Shown here piece by piece: positions 31,682-41,631 of a stretch of DNA of 64,000 nucleotides. The notes beneath the pieces were generated by a model. That model was given only the letters and a program-made list of their open reading frames with translations. It was not told the origin of the DNA and did not search any database. How positions within the stretch are numbered: the first letter of the stretch is position 1; every line of letters starts with the position of its first letter. Source of the DNA: Candidatus Poribacteria bacterium (GTDB lineage Bacteria; Poribacteria; WGA-4E; WGA-3G); NCBI GenBank assembly GCA_965215265.1, contig OZ244048.1, forward strand, positions 1,856,001 to 1,920,000, written 5' to 3'. The translations under genes were made by a program, and so were the position numbers.

Positions 31682-32545
31682 TTATAAATCGTGCCTGCAA
31701 GGGGCATCGGCGATTGAGAAACAGGTTAATCGGTGTTCCGCGTAATCCTTCAATCCAGTGGGCGGTTCCTCGTGCAGGTAGCCGATCGGGGCACAGATCG
31801 CTCTAACATTGCCAACGTAACAGTTGAGCGGCTGATGTGTGTGCCCGAAAAGAACATGTGTGACGAGGGGTTCGCTCAGGCAGCATTCACCGAGACGTTT
31901 ACTCCCCATGAAAGCCCGAAAGAAATCCCACGGTAATTCACCGTGGTATTGAATGCACGTCCGAAAAGGGACATGGTGTGTGACGACAATGATCTGTGAA
32001 ACGTGGGGACGGAGGGCGGTGAGTTGTTCGGCAAGTCTGTTTTCAAAACGGATGGTGAGCTCTGCATCCGTGTGTGCCCATTTCGCGTATCGTTTATCAT
32101 TCCAGACCGCGCCCATGAGCTGCTTCTCTGCGTAGTCTGAATCGGAGAAGTCGTAGCCGTCCGGTGCGAAGGAGTAGTCGTACCAGCCGATGGTGCCACA
32201 AAAACCGACGCTCGCTTTCACAAACGGTTTATCCATGAGTGGATGAAAACCTGCTTCATAGCAGAGCTGTGAAATAATGTCGCATTTCTGTTCGCTTGTG
32301 ACGGTTGGTGTTTCAATTGCCCAGATGTCATGGTTTCCAGGGACGAAGAGTTTATCACTGGCCAGCTCCGCTTTTTGGAAAGCGTTGAGGGTTTCAGCGA
32401 GTGTTGTTAAATGCCGTGCCACATCGCCTGCGATGATGAACACGTCAAGTTGTGCTGCTTTGACAGCATTAATGAGATGCGGGATGAGTGCCTTATTTCT
32501 CGGATTCACGTCCGTATGCAGATCTGAAATGAGCCCAATTTTCAT
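31682..32545 (-). CDS. Calcineurin-like metallophosphoesterase
   Basis: SDLH, AGD, PGNHD, THHVP, FGHTH. Confidence 0.92.
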   Translation of the reverse strand: MKIGLISDLHTDVNPRNKALIPHLINAVKAAQLDVFIIAGDVARHLTTLAETLNAFQKAELASDKLFVPGNHDIWAIETPTVTSEQKCDIISQLCYEAGFHPLMDKPFVKASVGFCGTIGWYDYSFAPDGYDFSDSDYAEKQLMGAVWNDKRYAKWAHTDAELTIRFENRLAEQLTALRPHVSQIIVVTHHVPFRTCIQYHGELPWDFFRAFMGSKRLGECCLSEPLVTHVLFGHTHQPLNCYVGNVRAICAPIGYLHEEPPTGLKDYAEHRLTCFSIADAPCRHDL

Positions 32546-32619
32546 GACGTTAGCAGTCTGTCCGGGCAGGAGCTGGCCTCGCAATTGCTGTGCACGTTAC
32601 ATCCGAGAGATACTTGGGG

Positions 32620-34071
32620 TTACCTCGCTTCAAGTGGACGGTTTTGGAAGAGCTCCTCAAGGAACACGCGAATTCCGGTGTTGTCTTGTTCGAATCGTTG
32701 GAGCTGACGTTGGAGTGCTGCGAGTGCCGGTGCATCCCCGATTTTTGCGATTGCATCAACGAGTGTAAGTTGAATTGCGGGTTCCTCGGTGTTTTCCAAG
32801 GCATCAATCAAGAGTGTCCGTGCTTTTGTTCCGCCGATATCCCCGAGCGCGGATGCCGCCATGTCTTTGGTGCTGGTGTCCTGTCCTTCAAAAACGGAGA
32901 TGAGTTGCGCGACAGCGGGTTCTCCAATTTTACTGAGCGCGAGGGAGGCTTGGAAGCGGATGCCGGGGATTTCTGCAGGGTTTTTAAGGACAGCGATGAG
33001 CGCATCAATGGCAGATGTCGGCTTAAGAATTCCGAGTATCTCGAGGCATGCTCTCCGGATTTCTTGTTCAGGTTCCTGCTGAAGTTGTATGTGCTGTGCT
33101 GCGAGTGTCATCAATTGCCCTTCGTTAATTTTCTGATAGAGCGTCTGGGCACGGTGGCGGAATTGCGTCCCGAATGGGGCTTTTAGTGTCGCCTTGTTTT
33201 CAGCAAGATCGAAGGTCAGCAAACCGAGGATAGCAGCGGCTTCTAACTGTTGTAGCTGGAGGGTATCAGCGGGGAGTTCGTTGACATCTGCGTTTTGAAA
33301 TTGCTGGAAGAGTACGTTTAGCGCACTCAATTCAACGAGCCGCTCTAAGCTTTTTGCAGCCTCTTTTCGCAGCGAGAGCTCTGTGCTATTTTTGAAGATG
33401 TTGATGAGCGGTTCCACCGCCCGCGTATCCCCGAGTTCGCCGAGTGCGTTGACTGCAGCGATTTTCACGCCGATGAGCTCAGAAGTCCGGAAGGTAATTT
33501 GCTGTTTTCTGAATTCGTCAATAGAGTTCTTATAGTCACCAAGGCTATAAATTTTGCGTTCATCCACGATTTTTTGGACGACATCTCCAAGTTGGATATC
33601 GGCGTTTGCAGCAGATGTACCAGGTTGTATCTCTTTCACACGGACAATGCCGTTGCCTTCAACCTTGAGCCCGACCTTATCTCCAGATCTGCGCAGTGCA
33701 ATTCGCAGCGGTGGTTTATCTTTCAGATAAAGGATGAAGTTATTGTCCTGATCGAGTGCCTTTTTGAGTGCAGTGTTAAAACCTCTTGTGCTTTGAATCG
33801 GATATTCAGCGATGATATAAGAGATGAGCTCGCCTTGTTTGAGCCCTGCTTTATGAGCGGGTCCATTAGTTTCGGTATTTAGGACAACGACACCACTCGT
33901 GGACCAGCGATTCTCCAAGTCGCTGTCAAGCTGCTGCACCTCCATTTTCATGCGTTGATCGTAGTAGCGATTCTCGCATCCGAGTACGATGACAAGCGCG
34001 AGAAAGAGAAAGGGCAAGCCCAATAGTTGAAAGCATAGATTTCGGTTTTGAAATGAGAGTATTTTAATCAT
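32620..34071 (-). CDS. PDZ + HEAT-repeat lipoprotein
   Basis: Lipobox VLGC; two PDZ-like segments (GPAHKAGLKQGE, GTSAANADIQLGD); HEAT repeats ALGELGDTRAVEPL. Confidence 0.8.
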   Translation of the reverse strand: MIKILSFQNRNLCFQLLGLPFLFLALVIVLGCENRYYDQRMKMEVQQLDSDLENRWSTSGVVVLNTETNGPAHKAGLKQGELISYIIAEYPIQSTRGFNTALKKALDQDNNFILYLKDKPPLRIALRRSGDKVGLKVEGNGIVRVKEIQPGTSAANADIQLGDVVQKIVDERKIYSLGDYKNSIDEFRKQQITFRTSELIGVKIAAVNALGELGDTRAVEPLINIFKNSTELSLRKEAAKSLERLVELSALNVLFQQFQNADVNELPADTLQLQQLEAAAILGLLTFDLAENKATLKAPFGTQFRHRAQTLYQKINEGQLMTLAAQHIQLQQEPEQEIRRACLEILGILKPTSAIDALIAVLKNPAEIPGIRFQASLALSKIGEPAVAQLISVFEGQDTSTKDMAASALGDIGGTKARTLLIDALENTEEPAIQLTLVDAIAKIGDAPALAALQRQLQRFEQDNTGIRVFLEELFQNRPLEAR

Positions 34072-34085
34072 ATCAGCTCCTTTGC

Positions 34086-35069
34086 TTAGTTGGCCAATGG
34101 TATGACAACTTCTCGGGTGCTCTGTTCTTCTAAAGCGTCTAAGAGCGGGAGTACTGCTTTTTCATCCCCGAGTGTTGAGAGTGCGCGAATCGCATCCACC
34201 CGGAGGGATGAGCCTTTATTCTCCACAATTTTTACGAGTTCGGGGACAGCGGCACCCCCGATTTTGCCGAGTGCCTCAACTGCGAGTTGTCGGACTTCTG
34301 GTTTTTCTCGGTCACGTTTCCATTTGGCAGATCCAGACTCAATCAGTGCAGCAAGCGCCGGAATTGCCTCTTCACTGCCGACTTCTCCAAGTGCCTTGAC
34401 AGCGTTCAAGCGCGTTTCCATCCTTCTGTGTTTAAGCAGTTTGACTAATATCGGCACAAAGGTTGCAGGGTTTTCTTTGCCGAGGTGCCCCATGACCCAA
34501 TGTGCGTCGTGGCGGTCCCGATTATCTTTAGATTTAATCGCCTTTTGGAGTTGGCTGAGAAGTTGTGCCCTATTGCCTTGGGCATATACGAGCTTTAACG
34601 CTTCAAGTGCGGCGTTTTGCACCTCTATGTCGTCGTCTCGAAGTGTTTCAAAAATAAGGATTTCAAGGTATTTTCGGGGCTCGGCTTGGTATGCGCGAAA
34701 CATGTGCTTGCCGCGTTCGGCTATAGCTGCCTTCTCCCAATCGGCTGTGCCGAGTTCGTAAAATTCTTGTGAATTATAAAAGCCGAGCAGATAGTGTGCT
34801 TCAGCATTATTGGGCTCTTGTCGTATTGCTTGTTTAAATTCTCGGACGGCACGTTCCTCTTTCCTCCGTTTATCCGATTTAATCAATTCCTTTCCTTTAG
34901 AGAGGTTTTCGTTCTGTGTACCGCATCCGATGATGAAGGCAACAAGCGCGATGGCCATCCAAATATAATACGGTTTGCGCGCTTTTAAAATTTTAAGGTT
35001 TCGGCTATCTTTCGTGGGGCTGCTGAAGCATTGCGGACGGTCTGTTTTCATGGCATTTCTCCTATGCAA
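34086..35069 (-). CDS. TPR/HEAT-repeat lipoprotein
   Basis: Lipobox IIGC; EPNNAEAHYLLG TPR; AVKALGEVG and AVEALGKIG HEAT repeats. Confidence 0.8.
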   Translation of the reverse strand: MHRRNAMKTDRPQCFSSPTKDSRNLKILKARKPYYIWMAIALVAFIIGCGTQNENLSKGKELIKSDKRRKEERAVREFKQAIRQEPNNAEAHYLLGFYNSQEFYELGTADWEKAAIAERGKHMFRAYQAEPRKYLEILIFETLRDDDIEVQNAALEALKLVYAQGNRAQLLSQLQKAIKSKDNRDRHDAHWVMGHLGKENPATFVPILVKLLKHRRMETRLNAVKALGEVGSEEAIPALAALIESGSAKWKRDREKPEVRQLAVEALGKIGGAAVPELVKIVENKGSSLRVDAIRALSTLGDEKAVLPLLDALEEQSTREVVIPLAN

Positions 35070-35185
35070 GCACGCTTTTCAGATGCGCTTCTAATTGTGG
35101 GTTATGTGCTATATTTGTCGCTGAACCCACTATTCCACCGCGATGAGGGCGGCAGTGCTATATTTGCCGCCCTGAAGGTTTTCGG

Positions 35186-35716
35186 TTAGGTACCAAGAAG
35201 CTCCTGCTGTTCACCGTCGGTAGCGGCATCGATTTCAGTTTCCGGACTCTCCTCGGCGGGAGCCTCATCTGCTCCGATCGTCTTTTGCAGGACAACGGTA
35301 GGTTTTTCAGTGAACCCCCAATCCTTATATCTCTGAACAACCGGTCCTTCTGAAGATGCAATTTCTATTTCGAGGGTTTTTATGCCGTTCTCAGCAGAGG
35401 TTGCCTCGGCTGCTTTGATGAGATGGTCTGCGACACCGAGCTGTCGGAAGGGGCCGGAGACAGCGAGTTCTCCAATTTGTCCGATTTTTTTATCAGTAGG
35501 ATGCTGCTTAACTTTTATTTGCCCGATAGCATACCCGCTTGCCTCTGCAACGAGCCGGTATACGTTGCTTCCCTCTGCGAGGTCTGCTTTGAGTTCATCG
35601 GTGACCTGCTTTTTTGTTTTCTCAGTGAGACAATATACATGTAAAGTTTCAGCATCGGTCGCTTTGGCTTCTCGGATTTGGAGTACACCAGTCAGGTTGA
35701 AGTTTTGGTTTGCCAT
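35186..35716 (-). CDS. GNAT family N-acetyltransferase
   Basis: LAVSGPFRQLGVADHLI motif A and YKDWGF; AAGGAG RBS. Confidence 0.85.
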   Translation of the reverse strand: MANQNFNLTGVLQIREAKATDAETLHVYCLTEKTKKQVTDELKADLAEGSNVYRLVAEASGYAIGQIKVKQHPTDKKIGQIGELAVSGPFRQLGVADHLIKAAEATSAENGIKTLEIEIASSEGPVVQRYKDWGFTEKPTVVLQKTIGADEAPAEESPETEIDAATDGEQQELLGT

Positions 35717-35947
35717 GTTAATTCTCCTTTATAATTTGAGCACATCGTGCGTTGGTTCGGCGCGAACTTTTTTGTTATCGTATTGCCAACAGCCTCTGTT
35801 CGTCACGGGCACGCCAAACCATGCTTATCGCTTTCCAATATAAGAATTGTAACATATTTTTTTCTTTTCTACAAGGAAAAAGTAGAGAATAGAATTGATT
35901 TTATCTACCGTACATTTTTGTTTTGTATTTGTAATCCATATGTATAT

Positions 35948-38323
35948 TTATTCTGTCTGCGTTTCCGGTTGCGCTGTATCTTCCTGCCCGATGCGTAGCT
36001 GGCGTTCAGCATCGACAACATCGCGATTAATTTTATCTATGCATCGTTTGAGTTTATCAATCAGCGCTGTATGCCCATCCATGGCACGTAGGATTTGCCG
36101 GAGCTGGTCGATGACGAGTCTAAAGGTTCGGACGAAATCGCCTGGATCCATGTCAGCGTACTTCTCAAGTGTGTCGAAGTCACAGCCACTGCTCCAAGCG
36201 AGCATCGCACTACAGAGCTGCGGTTCTAACATCGGTACGGTTTCTGCGATGTTATGCTTCCGTTCTAAGTGCTGAAGGCTTAAAATTTCATCAGCGACAG
36301 CGGACAGCGTATCCAATAGGCGTTGATTTTTTAAACGTTTGTAGTAAGTATCTTTGCGAGGTTCTGAGACAATGGCTACCATCATACAATTAATTTCATT
36401 TTCAGTGAGTCGCTCAAAAAAATCTCTAAATAGCAATTGTGTAAGCTGCAGCTCATATCCGTAGATGTGTGAGGCGATTTTCCCCCGTGGGAGCAAGGTT
36501 TGACCTTCGATATATCCGAGCTCCTTGAGCACTTTAAGTTTTGCGGCTATCTGAGTACGTGGATAATTTTCAATGACCATTGTCTCTCTTTTGAGTTTTT
36601 GCACGCGCCGTTCTTGTCTTCGAATCCTTTTATATCTTCCGTTGCACTGTTTAAATTGGGTGCATTCTTCGCAGAGGCTTTGTATTGCAGTATTTTGAAT
36701 TTGCTTGATGCGTTTAAATATCGGTGCGAGCTTTTTGACGCGGAGCGCTTTTTTCTTTTTGCCGCGCGTCTCTGATTTAATCCGTGCCATTTCTGCATGC
36801 ACCCGTTGAAGTTCTCTGTCTGTATCTCTTTTGAGGCGATAGTGGGTCTCAATTTGTTCGGTTGCGTCAACACCTTCGTGAATGCATGTTGGGCGCGCCA
36901 GCGCTTGACATCTTTCATCAAGCACCTGAATCTGGTTATTGAGTCCAGCGATGCGCGTATAATTTTGATGATTGCTGAGGCTCATGGTATACACATCGTA
37001 AATGTCCTCGCCATACTTCTCATAGAGATTGAGTATGCTGGAATAAGAGAGATTAAACTGGCTCTCTATCGGTTCTATTTTATTATTTACGACATTTCTG
37101 ACAGCTTCTCTATCAATGTAGCGCGGCGGGATTTGTGCGTAAACGTAGCCGATGGTATCAATGCCGCGTCTACCTGCTCGGCCTGCCATCTGGTGATATT
37201 CGCGCGCCCTCAGGTGCCGGAAGCCGACTCCGTCGTATTTTTCCAAACTATCAAACACAACGGTGCATGCAGGCATGTTGATGCCGACAGCAAACGTCTC
37301 TGTGGTAAAGAGAAGTTGAATTAACCCTGAAGTGAATAAACGTTCAACGACCTCCTTAAGCGTCGGTAACATGCCGGCGTGGTGATACGCGATTCCGTTG
37401 CTGATGAGTCTGCGAAATTCGGCAATCTCCTTGTCTGCAGCGATGTCAAATTGAGTACAAAGTGCGTCAAATTGTTCGAGAATCTCTGCTTGCTGTGACG
37501 GATTGAGCAAGCTATCATGCACACCGGAGCCATAATAGCGTGCATTGGATTCACAGCCTTTTCGACTAAAACAGAAATAGAGACAAGGGAGCCGCCGTTC
37601 ACTTTGGAGATACGGAATCAGTTCTGTCTGTATCATTCCCGCGGGCAGGGTCGGTTTACTTTCATTCCGCTTCGATTCTTTGCACTTGTTCTGCAAAGCC
37701 ATCTTCTGGATTGTCTCCACATGTTTTAGCGTACCGATGCCGTAACCCGGAAAATAGAGGTGATGTTCCAAAGGCACAGGACGATTGCCTTCCTCAACCA
37801 CCTCAATCTCAATTTCTCGGATGCTTTGCATCCATTCGGCAAAATGATTGATATTCGGAATAGTGGCACTCAGACAGACGAATTTAATATGTTGTGGGCC
37901 GAAGATAAGGCTTTCTTCCCAGACGGTGCCGCGCTCAATATCATTGATATAGTGGATCTCGTCAAAAATAACGTAGGAGACATCGTTGAGCCGCTCAATG
38001 TCGTCAAAGATCATGTTCCGGAAGATCTCAGTTGTCATGAGCAGCACTTGCGAGTACGGATTTAGGACGATGTCGCCTGTGACAATGCCGATCTTTTCTC
38101 CGTATTCGGCATAAAAATCTCTATATTTCTGATTGCTAAGTGCTTTAATAGGGGCAGTGTAGATAACGCGGTGGTTTTCTTGGATACATTTTTCGACAGC
38201 GTATTCGGCGATGACTGTCTTACCTGCACCGGTGGGTGCAGTGACAATCACAGAGTTATCCCGATTTATGGCTTCAAGTGCTTCTTCTTGGAATCGATCG
38301 AGTTGTAATCCTTTATAAATCAT
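35948..38323 (-). CDS. Ski2-like DEAD/DEAH box RNA helicase (HelY-like)
   Basis: APTGAGKT, PIKALSNQKY, FDEIHY, LSAT, TETFAVGINMP, QMAGRAGRRG, DSHCT-like tail. Confidence 0.93.
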   Translation of the reverse strand: MIYKGLQLDRFQEEALEAINRDNSVIVTAPTGAGKTVIAEYAVEKCIQENHRVIYTAPIKALSNQKYRDFYAEYGEKIGIVTGDIVLNPYSQVLLMTTEIFRNMIFDDIERLNDVSYVIFDEIHYINDIERGTVWEESLIFGPQHIKFVCLSATIPNINHFAEWMQSIREIEIEVVEEGNRPVPLEHHLYFPGYGIGTLKHVETIQKMALQNKCKESKRNESKPTLPAGMIQTELIPYLQSERRLPCLYFCFSRKGCESNARYYGSGVHDSLLNPSQQAEILEQFDALCTQFDIAADKEIAEFRRLISNGIAYHHAGMLPTLKEVVERLFTSGLIQLLFTTETFAVGINMPACTVVFDSLEKYDGVGFRHLRAREYHQMAGRAGRRGIDTIGYVYAQIPPRYIDREAVRNVVNNKIEPIESQFNLSYSSILNLYEKYGEDIYDVYTMSLSNHQNYTRIAGLNNQIQVLDERCQALARPTCIHEGVDATEQIETHYRLKRDTDRELQRVHAEMARIKSETRGKKKKALRVKKLAPIFKRIKQIQNTAIQSLCEECTQFKQCNGRYKRIRRQERRVQKLKRETMVIENYPRTQIAAKLKVLKELGYIEGQTLLPRGKIASHIYGYELQLTQLLFRDFFERLTENEINCMMVAIVSEPRKDTYYKRLKNQRLLDTLSAVADEILSLQHLERKHNIAETVPMLEPQLCSAMLAWSSGCDFDTLEKYADMDPGDFVRTFRLVIDQLRQILRAMDGHTALIDKLKRCIDKINRDVVDAERQLRIGQEDTAQPETQTE

Positions 38324-38805
38324 CGTTTATTTCTTAAACCGATAAGTGTTGCAGGGCATTCACGCGTGTGGACGAGTTTCGTCTCTGAATTTATCTGTTT
38401 TTTCGTCCATAGTCACTCCAATATACACTAACGTGAGTTTGATAGAAACCGGGTGAATTTGCTCACAGTGAAAGAACGTCTCGTGGTATAATCAATACCT
38501 TCACGAAAGAAAACAGTGGATTTAACCGGCGAGTTATCCTAAAGTGAAGGTAAACAACTTCATCACTTTGAAAGCACAATTCCTCTCTAAAAACATTATA
38601 ACACATTTTGGCTGTTTGCAGCAATAGCGGTAAATGAGATTTTTTCTGGGCGACTCCGTCCTCGTTTTTTTTAGATTCCGTGGTAGGTTAAGGATAAAAA
38701 GAAAAAAATAATATTTTTGTCCAATTTTGTCTTTAATTTTCGTCATGTCATTATAGAAGGCAGCACATCAATTGCTGCGATAAGACGGACGGGAGGTAAA
38801 TCTGA

Positions 38806-39594
38806 ATGAATGAGGTAGAACTCAATCGGCATTTCTTAGAAACAGGGGACACAGACAGTTTCACGCGGATTTTTAAAAGGTATTACCACGGCGTGTTTAA
38901 GGCTGCGTTCCGCATTTTAAGAAATCCGCAGGATGCTGAGGAGGTTGCTAACGACACCTTCAGTAAAGCCTTCCAAGGGCGCGAAAACATCGTGCACCCG
39001 GAGAAGTTACCGGGGTGGTTATATAAAACCGCCCAGAATGTCGCGATTGATAGACGAAGAGCCGCTCTGAGCAGAGCAGACCACCTGCCAGAAGGTGCCC
39101 GGTTCGTCTCTTTAGATGCACTGCCACATGCCGAACAAGCGATAGGGTCAGCGTCTATTGACGCAGCGAGGCAGACAGAACAAGAGCAGGCCCGTCGCGA
39201 GCGATTGGCTCGACTCCTGCGCCTCCTTTCCGATATAGACTAGTCAATGATGGACCTCTTTTTAGACGGGTTCAAGCCTGTAGAAATAGCGGAAGCGTTA
39301 GGCTTAACGCCGGGTGCGACGCGAAAAAGACTGAAACCGGCGGAGGCGTGGTTAAGAAGCATCGCCCCGCAGTTGGAGGAGTTGCTCCGTTCTCTGCCTG
39401 CGGCAGAATTCAAAATAATGGAGCGGTATTTAGACGGACAATCTCCGGCGGAGATTGCCAAACATGTAGCTTTTTCCGCTCAAGCGGTGAGTGATAAAGT
39501 GGCGCGTGTGATAAAACAGTGGAGAACATCCACGAGAGAACCCGCCACGGTTTCATTCTCCACAAAGGTTCGTCGCAGAATTAACAGGGGATAG
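38806..39594 (+). pseudogene. ECF sigma factor with two tandem sigma-4 HTHs, interrupted by in-frame TAG at 39241
   Basis: DAEEVANDTF...GWLYKTAQNVAID (region 2); EIAEALG and EIAKHVA HTHs; the paralogue at ~47290 has CAG at the stop position; GGGAGG RBS. Confidence 0.88.
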
Positions 39595-39658
39595 AGATGT
39601 TAATGTATAGTGACTGCAAAACAGTATACGAAACTTGTTGTTTTTTTCATTGAATTTA
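38978..39658 (+). repeat. ~680 bp direct repeat, copy 1 (sigma gene plus downstream sequence)
   Basis: Near-identical to 47027-47707. Confidence 0.95.
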
Positions 39659-39842
39659 TTGAGAGGTGCGCCGAGGATGTCACTAGCAATCCTAGACGCT
39701 GCACTGCCATAACTTGGACAGCGTGAACCTAAGTTGTATTATAGAATGGATGCATTTTGTGGCACTTTTTGGTTAGCACCTTATAGGGAGATTATCAGAT
39801 CTTTCCTGACAGCAGTCCCCGAAAAATAAAGGAGAACATGAA

Positions 39843-40211
39843 ATGAAAATGTCTTTATGCCAGATAATTGCGATTGTCTGCATGCTCGTCGTAGGGTTCA
39901 TGACGGTTACACCTTTTGTGCCCCTCACGGAAGCAGGCTGGGATAGGGCTTCATCCCACGTCGTTACCGTCGATGTTTATGATATGTTTGATAACTACTG
40001 CGGTTCTTATGGGTACGGTTACTATGTGCCCGATACGACCACCACTCACTACAAGTATTATCACAGGGGCCCAACAACGCCTGATACTCATCCGCATCCA
40101 CATCTCGGGACTATCACAAGTACGCACTGGCATATAACGAGTAGAGACTTGGATACCTTGTGTGATGGAACTTACCCTATGTACGCATCGGGATCCTCGA
40201 CGAGTAGTTAA
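39843..40211 (+). CDS. Small secreted His/Tyr/Thr-rich protein (cassette protein A1)
   Basis: AAGGAG RBS, Sec signal ending TEA, THPHPH, two Cys in the mature part, Ser tail SSTSS. Confidence 0.8.
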   Translation: MKMSLCQIIAIVCMLVVGFMTVTPFVPLTEAGWDRASSHVVTVDVYDMFDNYCGSYGYGYYVPDTTTTHYKYYHRGPTTPDTHPHPHLGTITSTHWHITSRDLDTLCDGTYPMYASGSSTSS

Positions 40212-40240
40212 AACCGCAATCTGAAGCGTGTCAAAACGCC

Positions 40241-40272
40241 GACAGCGTTAAGAAGCCGTTCTTAACGCTGTC
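40241..40272 (+). terminator. Stem-loop between A1 and its partner gene
   Basis: GACAGCGTTAAGAA-GCCG-TTCTTAACGCTGTC, perfect 14 bp stem, no U-tract. Confidence 0.75.
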
Positions 40273-40294
40273 ACCCCTTAGAAAGGAAAAAACC

Positions 40295-40912
40295 ATGCGA
40301 ATTCTCGTTCCTTTTTTTATAGTTTGTGCACTTGCAATTGGATGGTCTCTCTATCTTGAGTATGACACAAACAAGTTCATCGACAGTCTGCCCAAGCCGC
40401 CAGCTCCTATAGACGAGACTGCCACGGATTCTCGAACGAATGAACAACCCGTCTTGGAAACAGAGGCGGCCCCTTCAGGAATAGATGAGTCCCCTGTCGT
40501 TTCGAGCACTGAAGAAACGGCGACGGCACCACATCCACAGCCGCATCCTCATGAACATCAGGACACCGTACAGATTCCTTTGAAGGACATTAACGATTGG
40601 AGAACGGATAGGAGACCTTATACACCACCTCAAGCAAAGCAGGATCCCTTTGTACAGAGAAAAGTGCCCTTTGAAGGGCTCAGAGAACGTCTTGTTGAAA
40701 AACATGGAGATATTCCAGAAGTTCATCAATATATAGAACTTCAGCGGAAACACCACAACAGGGAACAGCTGAGACAGGATGAGGTGATGACTTATTGGGA
40801 GTTAACGGTAAAATTCCATCCAACGAAGCGAAATCTAGAAACCTACGAACTGATAAAAAGGTTGACAGAAGCCGCAGATCCGGAGAGCTTCCACTTGGAG
40901 TATTATGACTAA
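40295..40912 (+). CDS. Membrane-anchored GDIPEV-family partner protein P1
   Basis: N-terminal TM plus YLEYDTNKFIDSLPKPP, PHPHEH linker, KHGDIPEVHQY domain. Confidence 0.85.
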   Translation: MRILVPFFIVCALAIGWSLYLEYDTNKFIDSLPKPPAPIDETATDSRTNEQPVLETEAAPSGIDESPVVSSTEETATAPHPQPHPHEHQDTVQIPLKDINDWRTDRRPYTPPQAKQDPFVQRKVPFEGLRERLVEKHGDIPEVHQYIELQRKHHNREQLRQDEVMTYWELTVKFHPTKRNLETYELIKRLTEAADPESFHLEYYD

Positions 40913-41120
40913 GCCTTCTTATCTTTATTCTTGAATTTCTCGCGCAGCGATAAGTACGTACATGGTGTGGAGTGTGGCCGTTGTGGTGGTGAGGTCTGGC
41001 CCTGCATTGCATTAATGATGATCATCACAAGAGTTCGTAAAATACTTAACAGAGGAGAGTAGAGATGTTAACGTATAGTGAATGCAAAACAGTAAATGTC
41101 CGAAACTTGTTGTTTTTTTG

Positions 41121-41149
41121 TTGACTTTAATGCAGGAGTGTGTTATACT
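41121..41149 (+). promoter_or_regulatory. Sigma-70-type promoter upstream of cassette protein A2
   Basis: TTGACT-17 bp-TATACT with extended -10 TG. Confidence 0.7.
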
Positions 41150-41184
41150 GTTTTACATCTCCTGCGAAATGAAAGGAGTTACTT

Positions 41185-41530
41185 TTGAAATCTATTTTCT
41201 TGAAACGCCTTGCGATTGTTATCATTCTCTCAGCCAGTTTGCTGGAGATGAGTCCCTTTTTGAAATGGCCCCCGACCTCGGATGCACATCCAGCTGAAAG
41301 GTGGTGGCATTTTCACCTCATTGTATGTGCAGAATGGGATGGAACAGACCACACCTACTGTAGCCACCCCCTATGAATTTAGTCTCCTCACTAGGGACCC
41401 GGAGCCAAACAACCCCAGCTCTGAGGATGATCCAAACCATAACGGGCACAGTCAGGTGGGGCTCCCTGATGTGCACACCTCTGAACTTGAACGCGTAGAC
41501 GATTGCGACGACTGCTCGACTTCGAGTTGA
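41185..41530 (+). pseudogene. Small secreted His/Cys-rich protein A2, +1 frameshift at a C5 run (41367-41371)
   Basis: AAGGAG RBS; signal ...TSDA|HPAERWWHFHLIVCAEWDGTDHTYCSHP joins YEFS...NHNGHS...VDDCDDCSTSS when one C is removed. Confidence 0.8.
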
Positions 41531-41631
41531 GCACAAAAACTCATCGACGCGTTAGGGGGGTACTCTCGCATGTGAGTGCCCCGCTCATTTGAAAACGCGT
41601 CGTGCAGCCGAAAAAGGAGAAAAGATTTCCT

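Noticed and set aside
39241-39243. In-frame TAG as pyrrolysine or programmed readthrough
   Set aside because: The paralogue has CAG at this codon, so a single C-to-T nonsense change is the simpler explanation; no pyl genes are in the window.
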